A DNA stretch of 64,000 nucleotides, taken from NCBI RefSeq assembly GCF_037042905.1, contig NC_087252.1, forward strand, positions 13,704,001 through 13,768,000, in the 5' to 3' direction. Positions 12,068 through 23,330 of this stretch are shown in pieces. The position numbers and the translations under genes are program-made. Under the pieces are notes generated by a model. It was given only the letters and a program-made list of their open reading frames with translations. It searched no databases and had not been told where the DNA came from. Origin of the DNA: Lytechinus pictus (Eukaryota). How positions within the stretch are numbered: position 1 is the stretch's first letter; every line of letters starts with the position of its first letter.

Positions 12068-13512
12068 TTGTTTTGTTGTCAAAATGTCGAAAGAGAGATG
12101 CGAGAAAGAGAGGGGTGAGAGAAAGGGAGGGGTGAGAGAGAAGGAGGCAGTGCAAGATAAAGAAAGATAAGGGTGAGGGTAATAATATATAAATTAGGGG
12201 GAGGGGGTTAGAGAGAGAGAAAGAGAGAGTGGAGGGGAAGTGTGGTGAAGGAGGGTGAAAGAAAGGGTGATATATATATATATATATATATATATCATTT
12301 TTATGTTTTTATTATACCGAGAAGACCGTATGATGAACAACTCCGACGAAAAGGAATCAACGCAACCTTTCGTTTCTTCCCTATATAAAATCTTTGTTTC
12401 TTGGCGTATCTGTGCTCGCTCTCATCTTCTCTTCTTTGCTTTCTAGCCCCCCCCCCCGCCCCTCTCTCTTCTCTCTCTCCCTTATAAAGCTGGTTTACTC
12501 GTCTTCGCCTCTCCTTAATTCGTAATTTTCTTGCTCTCTTTCATTTTCTCGCACCTTTTTTCTCTCTCTCTCCATCTGTATTTCGTTCTCTCTTCAACCC
12601 TTTTCAATCTATTTTGCCCGCTTTTACTTTTATATTTTAATCACTTTATGATTTTACTTCCCATTCTCTCTTCTTTCCCCTACGTTTCTTCTACCAAAGA
12701 CGATTTTTAGTGAAACGTTGAGGCCACCGTATTGAAGCCCCCCCCCCCCCCCCCCATTACAAATTAGTTTCGGACTTTCGTCATGTTCGTTGTTTTGTTG
12801 TCAAAATGTCGAAAGAGAGATGCGAGAAAGAGAGGGGTGAGAGAAAGGGAGGGGTGAGAGAGAAGGAGGCAGTGCAAGATAAAGAAAGATAAGGGTGAGG
12901 GTAATAATATATAAATTAGGGGGAGGGGGTTAGAGAGAGAGAAAGAGAGAGTGGAGGGGAAGTGTGGTGAAGGAGGGTGAAAGAAAGGGTGATATATATA
13001 TATATATATATATATATCATTTTTATTTTTTTATTATACCGAGAAGACCGTATGATCAACAACTCCGACGAAAAGGAATCAACGCAACCTTTCGTTTCTT
13101 CCCTATATAAAATCTTTGTTTCTTGGCGTATCTGTGCTCGCTCTCATCTTCTCTTCTTTGCTTTCTAGCCCCCCCCCCCCGCCCCTCTCTCTTCTCTCTC
13201 TCCCTTATAAAGCTGGTTTACTCGTCTTCGCCTCTCCTTAATTCGTAATTTTCTTGCTCTCTTTCATTTTCTCGCACCTTTTTTCTCTCTCTCTCCATCT
13301 GTATTTCCTTCTCTCTTCAACCCTTTTCAATCTATTTTGCCCGCTTTTACTTTTATATTTTAATCACTTTATGATTTTACTTCCCACTCTCTCTTCTTTC
13401 CCCTACGTTTCTTCTACCAAAGACGATTTTTAGTGAAACGTTGAGGCCACCGTATTGAAGCCCCCCCCCCCCCCCATTACAAATTAGTTTCGGACTTTCG
13501 TCATGTTCGTTG
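12068..13512. repeat. Near-perfect 722-bp tandem duplication (GA-rich / TA / CT-rich unit)
   Basis: Units start at 12068 and 12790; the duplicated spurious ORFs at 12255 and 12977 are exactly 722 apart; only a handful of differences. Confidence 0.92.
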
Positions 13513-13599
13513 CGCAGTGTTAAATCATCATCATCGCACTTGCAAGGAAATATTCACCCTTTTTTATTCATTCTGGAAAGTAAAGGTATTGGTATGCTG

Positions 13600-14076
13600 T
13601 GATTTCACCCAAAATAGATTATCGTCGTAATTATACACTTTGCAAATAATCTCTCTACAAGGAGGTAAAAAAACCATTCATGAGTAGCGTGACAATAGGC
13701 AATGAAAAAAAGCACAAGAGCAGACAACAAAGCGGTATCGATCGAACCCGACCTGTCCGCGCGTGCCCTTACACATTTTTGTACACATTGCCTATTGACT
13801 TGGGGAAAAGCGAAGATTTTACAAAATAACACGACTTTTTCCTCGTAAATTTCTTAACTATTCTGTTGATTTGAGAAACGATACCTTTGTTTCTAGAAAG
13901 AAAAAATGTCTGCTCTTTCATATTTACATTTACTAAAAATCCTGAAAATACTTCAGTTTGGCGCAATTAGCAATTGATTCGGAAAACACCGCCACAGATC
14001 CAAATACCAGCAATGTACCAAAAACGGCTCCGCCGCAGGGAGAGGTATCGGGATTCGCAGGCCCGCACGCAAAGGG
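13600..14076 (-). mobile_element. Orphan terminus of a second piggyBac-like element, inverted
   Basis: The minus strand reads TTAA-CCCTTTGCGTGCG...CCCGATACCTCTCCC, similar in layout to the 4111 left end (CCCAATACCCCT). No partner end found; the left boundary is approximate. Confidence 0.5.
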
Positions 14077-14521
14077 TTAATTATCACTTTTTTTTTGCTT
14101 CGTCCTATTTTATTCGAGGAGAAAATTGAACAATTCATATTTTTGTGAGAAGTTTGAATATGATATTAATAAGCGTAACAATATCAATAATTCTTTTTTA
14201 TAATGGTAGGGCTATAAAAACACAAACGAATATGAACCATTTTTTACCTGATCTTAAGTTTATAAAAAGAGAGTTTTGCTGCAGGAGAAATGCAATTAAT
14301 ATGATTACAATCATTTTTATGACATAATATATAATTATAATATTTATGACTGTTTTCACAAAATATTACTAAACTTTGAAATTCAATAACTTTGTTATTT
14401 GTTATCCGATTTTGATGAAATTTTCGGTATTTTGCTCAGTGAATTCTGCTTTGTATATAAAACTATAAATACTTTCAGCCGGGACCATCCCTATTATAAT
14501 AAAAAGAAGGTGAAAGAGAAG

Positions 14522-14638
14522 AATAATGATAATAATAATTATAATAACAATAACAATAATGATAATAATAATTATAATAATAGTAATACTAATAATGATA
14601 ATATTAATAACAATAATAAATGAATAAATAAATAATGA
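14522..14638. repeat. (AAT)n-rich microsatellite
   Basis: Imperfect aat/aac tandem run. Confidence 0.9.
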
Positions 14639-15658
14639 GTGTGATGATTGCAGTGCGCAGACGAGAGTTGGAAATGACAGGCTTCTTTACTCATATATTT
14701 ATAACGAGAACAATTTTGTGACAATGCTAAAAACAATGTATAAGACCTTTCCCCCGCCCCCCCCCAAAAAAAAAAAAATCCCCAAACAGTGCACATTTGC
14801 AGGCAGAAAAAAGCCTTGACACAAGAATACTACCATACTGGCCTGCAAAAGACCCGATCGATAGCTCATGAATATTCATGTAACAATAGCGAATGGGCGA
14901 GTAGTGTTGGGTGAGGAACATCGTACCGCTCGGTCATTGGTCAATTCCGAGCTGAATGTCTTCACACATTCGCCGTTGCTCTGCCCATAGAAGTACGTGT
15001 ATTGCTACACACAACCGTTATATCACACGTGTCAATAGGGGAAATCTTGATTCAGATCGCGGCAATATCCGAAATCAACTCTTGAAAATAATGATGCAAA
15101 AGTACAATTTTACTCAAAAAATGTCTATGTAAACCAATATTTTTTATATGATAAAATGAATGGTGAATTCCTGGCCAGTATAACAACATAAAAAACAGAG
15201 AATATGGTGTTGATTTTCTGGCTGTAAAATTGGTTTAAAAAAAAAAGGTTCTCTGGGCACGCATACGTGCCAATGGCATTAGAGGGCTAAGGGCACGTAT
15301 AGCTGCCAACGGCATTTAAAGAGTTAATGGACAATGATGCCTGTATGTTAAAAATTTGGATTGGATTATGTATAGAAGACTTTGCGAATCTTGCTTGATA
15401 GTGAAAACAATTTTAGGAAAGGAGAAGGGAAGAAGAAGAAGAATACTGTGGATAAACAGTCTGTAGAATTTGTTTGAATAGAGAGCAAGAGTGGAGTTAG
15501 GAGTAGTGCTCATGGAGAAGGTTAGGAGCCAAGGCTTTTTGAGCAGCACCATTGCCAAAGTCAGACATAAAAATAAGGGTAGAAATGGTGACAATAATGG
15601 TTTTCTTAAAAAGAAATTGATTTCATTCATCACTGCCTTCCATCTTGCCTTTATACAG

Positions 15659-16328
15659 CTGAGCAAAGGGAAGATGGAGGGGAAGGTGAAGATAATGCCT
15701 TCTGTGTGTCTGGCGCCCTCACGATACGAGGTAGCAATTCAAGCTGCAGTAGCAGTTCAGGTGGTGGTCTCGCAGGTGCCCTTGGGGTGAGCTGTGATGC
15801 CAGCCTGTCAAGTAACGAAGACAGCAGTCTAGACCGCAGTGACTTGATAGATGGAAGAGATCCTCGGTCTCACCAAGGAGTGGATCCTAATGACCTAGTG
15901 GCAGGGATCAGTAAGATTGGACTGACACAAGCTCAGCAGGGACGGACTGAAGAGTATGTGAACCAACTCCAGCAGCATCAGTCCCACCAACAGCTCCATG
16001 TTGGATGGAATCTCGGTGCCAATCTCCAGATTTACCCAAGTGACCATGGTCCTCATTACCCTACCCCACATCAGCCTACAACGTTCAACCCACCGCCAGC
16101 CATTGGTTACACCTCAACAGTCCACCCGCTGCAGGGAAGCGATCCAAGCCCGAAGGATCAGGCTGTTAATGTTGATCCCCCAAAGGCCAGTTATCCATTT
16201 AAGGATCTTCGAGAGCTGCTTGAAAGCCTCGGTCTCATCAAATATCTCCATATCTTTGAGGAGCAGGAGATTGATTTGAGAGTTTTTTTGACACTGACTG
16301 ATAGTGATCTCAAAGAAGTAGGAATAAA
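15659..16328 (+). CDS. ANKS3: ANKS3 exon (Ser-rich linker and most of the SAM domain)
   Basis: tacag| and |gtaagt; AFC..G...SSSS.GLA.ALG then [41 protein letters not shown] (SAM); phase 1 to 2. Confidence 0.92.
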
Positions 16329-16834
16329 GTAAGTGATGATAATGCATGATTGCTTCCGTTCCCATTTTCATTGATTTCTTTTTATAGGTATTGAGAGTTA
16401 GAACTCAATCAATGACCTTGCAACCCTGCATGACATATGCAATTGTCAGACAACCACCGTTGTCCTTCAAGTCTAATGTATCTTTTGGCACCATATATTA
16501 AGAATTTAAGAAAAGTGAATGGTTGCTGGGTCACGGCTCTCATAAGGAGATATCTGCTGTCCCTTCTATGATTATATTAAATCACATTCTGAAGACAAAT
16601 CTCAGCAACGAATAAAAAAAAATGACAATTTACAACTCAACAATCCTGTCTGAAATTGGAAATATGAGAAAAAAAAGCATTTTTAGAAATGCCTGGATGA
16701 TCGAGGTGCCCAAACCTGAATGCTCAAACTTGAATGCCCAAACCATTATGTAGCTCTGCTCGCCAACAAAGCTTTATGTGCTAATGGAGGTCCTATCCTT
16801 AATCATTATTCTGTTTTCATGTTTTCCTTTCAAG

Positions 16835-16976
16835 GTTAATGGGGCCGAGACGCAAGTTGACCAATGCTATAGCTAGGTGGCACAGTCAGGCAGTGCCATT
16901 CAGTAATACACTGGAGCAGGTGTATGCAGATAGGGTGGAAACAGCTATGCAAGAAATGGCGATACAGCTCTCAGAG
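16835..16976 (+). CDS. ANKS3: ANKS3 exon (SAM end, coiled-coil start)
   Basis: LMGPRRKLTNAIARWHS...LEQVYADRVETAMQEMAIQL matches the ANKS3 signature; phase 2 to 0. Confidence 0.92.
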
Positions 16977-17039
16977 GTACATGTAACTGAATTTTGTATT
17001 TGTGAAATTTATTACGACGGCTGGGATTAAGTTAATGTT

Positions 17040-20000
17040 TACTGTGAGGGGTAGAGCTGGTTTGTGGTGTATGGTGATGATAGGCTAGACCTGAGGCGAG
17101 TTTTGAGATGATGTTGTGGGTTTCAAATTGATGGGAGATATATGACGGGTTTAGGGTGAGGGTAAGAGCTAGAGTAGGAATTATGTTGTGGTTGTGGGGT
17201 TAGCTGATATGATGAGGGGAATGGATAGGGCTAGTGTGAGCTGGTGTGAAGTGTATGCTGTGGGTGTGGGTTAAACCTGGTATGAGGCTTCTGATGAATG
17301 TGAGGTTTAGAGATAGTTGCAGGTTAACAATAAGAGGATGTGAGCTAGTGTGGGGTCTATAATGTGGGTGAGGATGTGAGCTAGTATGAGGTTCTGAATT
17401 TGGGTGAAGATGAGAGCTAGTTTTGAGGTTATGGTGACAATGAGAGCTAGTGTGTGACTTATGTGGGCGAGGGTGAGAGCTAGTGTGTGGTTTATGATGT
17501 GGGCATGGGTTATAACTAAAGTGAGATTTATGAGGTTAAGGTTTATAGATGGTTTGAGTGTTATGATGTGGGTAAGGTGAGAGCTAGTGTGAGGTTTATT
17601 ATGAGGGTGTGATTTAGAGCTGATATAAGGTTGATGATGTGGGTGGGTGCTAGAGCTAGTGTGAGGTTTATGATGTATGGGTAAGAGCTGATGTGAGGTT
17701 TTATGTGGGTGAGAGCTAGTGTGAGGGTTATGATGAGGATAAGGGTTAGAGTTATTTTGATTATAATATGAGTGAGGGCATAAGCTAGTGTGAGGTTATT
17801 GATGTGGGTGAAGATGGAGCTAGTTTGTAGTATGGTGATGATAAGAGCTGGTATGAGAATTATGATATGGGTGAGGGTTAGAGCTAGTGTGAGGTTTATG
17901 ATGTAGGTGAGGATTAGAGCTAGTGTCAGTCTTATGATATGGGTGAGCGTGAGAGCTAGTGATGTTTATGATGAGGATGTGGTTGGAGCTGATATGAGGT
18001 TGATGATGTGGGTGAGGGTTAGAGCCAGTGTGAGGATTATGAAGAGGGCGTGGGTTAGAGCTAGTGTGAAGTTTATGACGTGAGGGTGAGAGGTCATGTG
18101 AGATTGATGATTTGGTGAGTGTTCAAGCTAGTGTGAGGTTTATGATGTAAGGGTTAGAGCTGATGAGAGGTTTTATGTGGGTGAGGTGAGAACTAGTGTG
18201 GGGGTTATGATGAGGGTGTGGGTTAGAGCTAGTGTGAGGATTATGATGAGGGTTAGAGCTGGTGTACGTTTAATGATGTGGAAGAGGGTTAGAGCTACTG
18301 TGAGGGTGAGAGCTAGTGTAAGGTTTATGATGTTGATGAAGGTTAGAGCTAGTGTGAGGTTTATGATGAGGGTGTGGGTTAGAGTTAGTGAAAGGTTTAT
18401 GATGTGGGTGAGGGTTAGAGCTAGTATGAAGTTAATGATGTGAGTGAGGGTGACAGGTCATGTGAGGTTGATGATATGGTGAGTGTTCGAGCTAGTGTGA
18501 GGTTTATGATGTAAGGGTAAGAGCTAGTGTGAGGTTTATGATATGAGGGTTAGAGCTATTGTGAGGTTAATGATATTGGTGAGGATTAGAGGTAGTGTGA
18601 GGGTTATGTGGGTGAGGGTGAGAGCTAGTGTGAGGGTTATGTGGGTGAGGGTGAGAGCTAGTGTGAGGTTTATGATTTGAATGAGGGTGAGAGCTAGTCG
18701 TGTGAGGGTTATGTGGGTGAGGGTGAGAGCTAGTGTGAGGGTTATGTGGGTGAGGGTGAAAGCTAGTGTGAGGGTTATGTGGGTGAGGGTTAGAGCTAGT
18801 ATGAGGTTAATGATATGGGTGAGGGTGAAAGCTAGTGTGAGATTTATGATGCGGGTGTTGGGTTAGAGCTAGTGTGATTTTTATGGTGTGGGCAAATGTT
18901 AGAGCTTGTGTGAGGTTACTGTTGTGGGTGAAGGTTAGAGCTAGTGCGAGGTTTATGGTGTGAGTGCTAGTGTGCGGTACACTGTATATAGTGCACCAAC
19001 AATACCACCACAGGATCACCACATCACCTGAAGCACTGGCAGCACCTGACACCGCACAACCCTCTCCAGGACAGTGTGAACGCTTTTGGGAAGAGTATTT
19101 CTTCAAGGTTTAAGGCTTATGATGTGGGTGAGGGTTAAAGCTACTGTGAGGTGTATGATTTGAATGAGGGTGAGAGCTAGTGTGAGGGTTATGTGGGTGA
19201 GGGTGAGAGCTAGTGTGAGGGTTATGTGGGTGAGGGTGAAAGCTAGTGTGAGGGTTATGTGGGTGAGGGTGAGAGCTAGTATGAGGTTAATGATATGGGT
19301 GAGGGTGAAAGCTAGTGTGAGATTTATGATGCGGGTGTTGGGTTAGAGCTAGTGTGATTTTTATGGTGTGGGCAAATGTTAGAGCTTGTGTGAGGTTACT
19401 GTTGTGGGTGAAGGTTAGAGCTAGTGCGAGGTTTATGGTGTGAGTGAGGGTGAAAGCTAGTGTGAGTGCTAGTGTGCGGTACACTGTATATAGTGCACCA
19501 ACAATACCACCACAGGATCACCACATCACCTGAAGCACTGGCAGCACCTGACACCGCACAACCCTCTCCAGGACAGTGTGAACGCTTTTGGGAAGAGTAT
19601 TTCTTCAAGGTTTCAGGCTTATGATGTGGGTGAGGGTTAAAGCTACTGTGAGGTTTATGATGTGAGTGAGGATTAGAGCTAGTGTGAGGTCTCTTATGTG
19701 GGTGAGGGTTAGAGCTGGTGTGAGTTTATGTTGGTGGGAGTTAGTGCTTGTGTGAGGGTTTTGATGTGAGTGAGGGTTAGAGCTGATGTGAAGTTTAGGT
19801 TGTGGGGAGGGTTGGAGCTAGTGTAAGGTTTATGACATGAGTGAGGGTTTAGAGCTGGTGTGAGTTTATGTTGGTGGGAGGTAGTGCTGGTGTGAGGCTT
19901 ATGATGTGAGTGAGGGTTAGAGCTGATGTGAAGTTTAGGTTGTGGGGAGGGTGTGAGTTTGTATGAGATTTATGAGGGTGAGGTTAAGATCAGACTTGAA

Positions 20001-20127
20001 GTTTATGAAGAGTTTGAGGGTTGGAGCCGGTGTACGGCTTTTGATGTGGGTGACGATGAGAGTTTGTTAGAATTTAAGATGAGAGTGAGGGGTAGAACTG
20101 GTGTGTAGTTTACAGTTTGGGTGAGGG
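17040..20127 (+). repeat. G/T-rich ~36-bp minisatellite built from degenerate GTTAGG-like hexamers
   Basis: Consensus unit gtgagg-gttaga-gctagt-gtgagg-tttatg-atgtgg repeated over ~3 kb; includes a ~0.5-kb higher-order duplication. Confidence 0.9.
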
Positions 20128-20438
20128 AAATAAATTTTGATAACAATAAGAACATAATAGTACAAATTCATACAAAAATGTAGGGGCTCTTTTTATAGGT
20201 TTGTAGTTTCATATCATGCACCAATTTAAATGATTTATAATTTGTTCATGTCATACCATATTAGCAGATTTTTTTTCAAATTACCTTTGCAAGCCCATAG
20301 AACATTTTGTTTCTTTATCCTGTGAATTTTCTTCCAGATCATCATGATCTTCACCCTCCCCCTAAAGATTTGGATGTGTAGATAAAGTTAAAAACAAGTC
20401 ATTTTATACTCAACCTTTACTTGTTCTTACTGTTACAG

Positions 20439-20611
20439 GACAGCATGAAAAAGGAACAACTTGAAGCACAGGTCTTGCAGGAGAAAGAGCTTAGGAGTGT
20501 AGTAGAGGGATGTCTGATGGAAGATAAAAAGGTCTACCAGCAGATGGTCTCCATGGTTACAGATACCAGCAAACTATGTCATCGGATGAGGCAGCTCTAT
20601 GATAATATGAG
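20439..20611 (+). CDS. ANKS3: ANKS3 exon (coiled coil)
   Basis: ttacag| and |gtact; QVLQEKELRSVVEGCLMED resembles ANKS3 'QEQELRAVVESCLLE'; phase 0 to 2. Confidence 0.9.
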
Positions 20612-20699
20612 GTACTAGATTTAATTCCTTTGTGGAGGAGCAATGTGCAACAAGCCACCACAAAACAATGAGTATATCATTGAGTTTGAAGAAAACACA

Positions 20700-21225
20700 T
20701 TCTACATGTAGGCTTTTAAATGATACATAACCTGTCAAAATATAGATATACCAAAAGTCAATCACCACAACAATTTTCTATCTGTTACACCTTAAATGAT
20801 TTCATCCATAATTATGATACCAGGAACTCAAAGATGTGTCATAGTATTTATTTCAAAACGAATGTAGGGCAAAGGAGTGTTAGATATAGAGATCAAATCC
20901 TCTGGAATGGCTTAGATGATATTCTTGAAAAGTCAGCATCACTCCAAAGTTTTAAAAGGAACTTCAAAAATGTCTGTTAAAAACAAAGCCCTCTTCATCT
21001 GATATTTGAAAGATTGTACTGACCACCCTCTTGCTTTTAAAAAATCTGATATTTTGGTTATTTAGGGGATAACCCAGACAAGCATACTTTAGTTTTGTTA
21101 TTCCCCTCCATGTACTTTTCCTTTTTTTTTTTCCGTTTTCATTTTTGTCTCACCTGCATACTTCAACGTATCACCGACACCCATAAGATTGTTCTGTACT
21201 TCATAGGAAATAAATCCTCTTTCTG
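20700..21225 (+). mobile_element. 3' fragment of an L2/CR1-group LINE
   Basis: Decayed ORF2 C-terminus (HNYDTRN...GQRSVRYR...LWNGL...SLQSFKRNFK) followed by a ggggataac...gttattcccc stem-loop. Confidence 0.6.
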
Positions 21226-21519
21226 TTTATTGATAAGTATCCAAAGAAATAATCGAAGAGGGACCATCAAATTTTGTTCATGTATGCTTATGGGAGAAAA
21301 AAAATAGGTTATGTGTTAGATAAAGAGAATAAAGTTCATCTTCATAGGTAATTGGTATTATGTGAAATAAATGGTTCTCATAATAATGAGAATTTCAAAC
21401 TAGTGTAGTGAAAAAATTCCTTCAAATTCATCAAATTATTCCTCATGCTTGCAGACCTTACTTTCAAACTCTTTTTGCCAATATTCAATAAACGATCTAT
21501 GTATTTTTTAAAATTGTAG

Positions 21520-21940
21520 GTGCTACCAAGTCGAGTTGGTGAGGCGTGTCCAGTCTATGCCTTTGCTATCAAGAAGAGAAAGTGATTCAGGGATGAGCTC
21601 AGATGGACGTGGTGGGTCATCACCGTCATCTGACATTGTTCGTTCAATCATGAGCAGTCCTGTCCTGAGAGGTACCGCAGTCAGCTCGACTCATCCAAAC
21701 GAGCCAATGGGCTTCCCCGCTAGAGATGGCCACAGGCACACTTCAATAGATCAAGCCCTCTCATTGGATAACGAAAATGGTGAACTGCGCAAGCTACCAA
21801 TGGTAGACCTTGTCGAAACACTAGGCCAGCTGTCTCATAAACTTGGTAGAATCGTTGCTATGGTGACCAATAATATGGATAAAATTGTTGATGGACAGAG
21901 TGCCTTCTCACCGAATTCTAGTGGCAATTCACTCCCGTAA
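21520..21940 (+). CDS. ANKS3: ANKS3 terminal coding exon
   Basis: ttgtag| acceptor in phase 2 continues the frame (RCYQVELVRR...) to TAA at 21938-21940. Confidence 0.82.
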
Positions 21941-22797
21941 GACAATGGTTCCAGATCATAACTATTTATTCAACCCTTTGTATTTATTTATTTATTTAAC
22001 AATATCTATTTAACACTGGATGTGAGTGATGCCATTTAAATTGTGCTCTATCGAGTAGTTCTACTTTTGACCTGAATGTCAGAGAATATTCAAACAGGAA
22101 TCCTGGACTGAAAATAATTATATCTAATTGAGTAATAGTCATCAAGGAAAACATTGAAAATTTCATAATTTCAAAGTTATTGCATATTTTTTTGCAATAT
22201 TTTGTGAAAACAATTATGTGCACTCCGTCATGAATATGCATTAGATGGGCTGATGGTGTAATGCCCCCACTTTCCTTTACTAAAGCTATTACACTAAATG
22301 ATGATTATTTCATGTTTTCAAACATGTGTGTATGGTATTTCTCACTTGGAACAAAATGAGTTGTATCAATGATTTTCTTAATTAAGTTGTCAAACCAATT
22401 CTTTCATTCTGGGAGGACAAAATTTTAAGAAATATAATTTCATGTAATAAAGTACAAGAGAATAAGAGGGGATATCAGCTTGCTCATAGCATATCCACGA
22501 AGACATGCAGAGAACTGTTTCTCTTACATAATGCAAAAAAATTCATGTTATTCCTTATGTTATTCCTTGTTTGATTTTAATGAAATTGTCAGTATTATGT
22601 TTGTCTGATTCGACTTACCTTCTATCTAACGCTAACTAGGCCACTTGATGTAACAAAATCCCCTATCCTAGTTAGGGTTTAATCCTATTATTTTCATCCT
22701 GGAGTACCCCTTCAAGGGTTGATCACTTACCAAAGTCTGTGTTACATTGTTTGGCTCCCCTTAAATTATTGTTTTTCACAGCATTCCTGCTTTGACA

Positions 22798-23330
22798 TTT
22801 TTGTCTCGCCTGCATAGCAGAGCAAGACTATAGGTGCCGCTTTTCCAACGTAGGGGTGGCAGGGTCAACATTGAAATCTTAACCAAAGGTTATGTTTTGA
22901 AATTACATCATAACTTTGAAAGTATATGGACGTAGGTCATGAAACTTAGACATAAGGGTAATCAAGTATTACTGAAGATCCTGCCCGAGTTTCAGGTCAC
23001 ATGACCTAGGTCATTTAAGGTCAATGAACTTTTGCCATGTTGGGGGCAATCATTGAATTGCCATCATAAATTTAACAGTTTATGGATATTCATGTAGTTC
23101 ATGAAATGTGGACATACATGAAACGGATAATCAAATAACACTGATCGTATTGCACAAGTCTTAGGTCACATGATCAAGGTGAAATGTCATTTAGGGTCAA
23201 TGAACCTAGTATTATATTATATGAATTGTGTTTAATATGAATAATTATTCAGTAGCTGTTTTCAAAGTCAGCACTGCTGCTATATCGAATCGTGTAATGT
23301 AGGCAAGACTGCCAGAGGCGTTCCACTTGT
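22798..23330 (+). mobile_element. Helentron-associated (HINE/DINE-like) non-autonomous element
   Basis: T-run start, subterminal inverted repeats gtctcgcctgcat / atgtaggcaagac, internal tandem aggtca/tgacc-rich repeats, ends ...ccacttgt. Confidence 0.6.

Larger units (their letters stand above)
4111..15323 (+). mobile_element. Large (~11.2 kb) piggyBac-like transposon in an ANKS3 intron
   Basis: TTAA at 4107-4110 and 15324-15327; 13-bp imperfect TIRs CTCTTACTATGCC vs CTCTTTAAATGCC (10/13); near-palindromic subterminal GGCACG..GTGCC motifs at the right end; contains the transposase ORF. Confidence 0.7.

Noticed and set aside
18974..19108. Captured segment as an in-frame ANKS3 cassette exon
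   Set aside because: Flanking exons need phase 0-0; the available AG sites give a stop or a phase-2 end, and there is no polypyrimidine tract.
18177..19608. ORFs such as MRVRASVRVMW... and their minus-strand counterparts
   Set aside because: Translations of the minisatellite; no splice context or domain.
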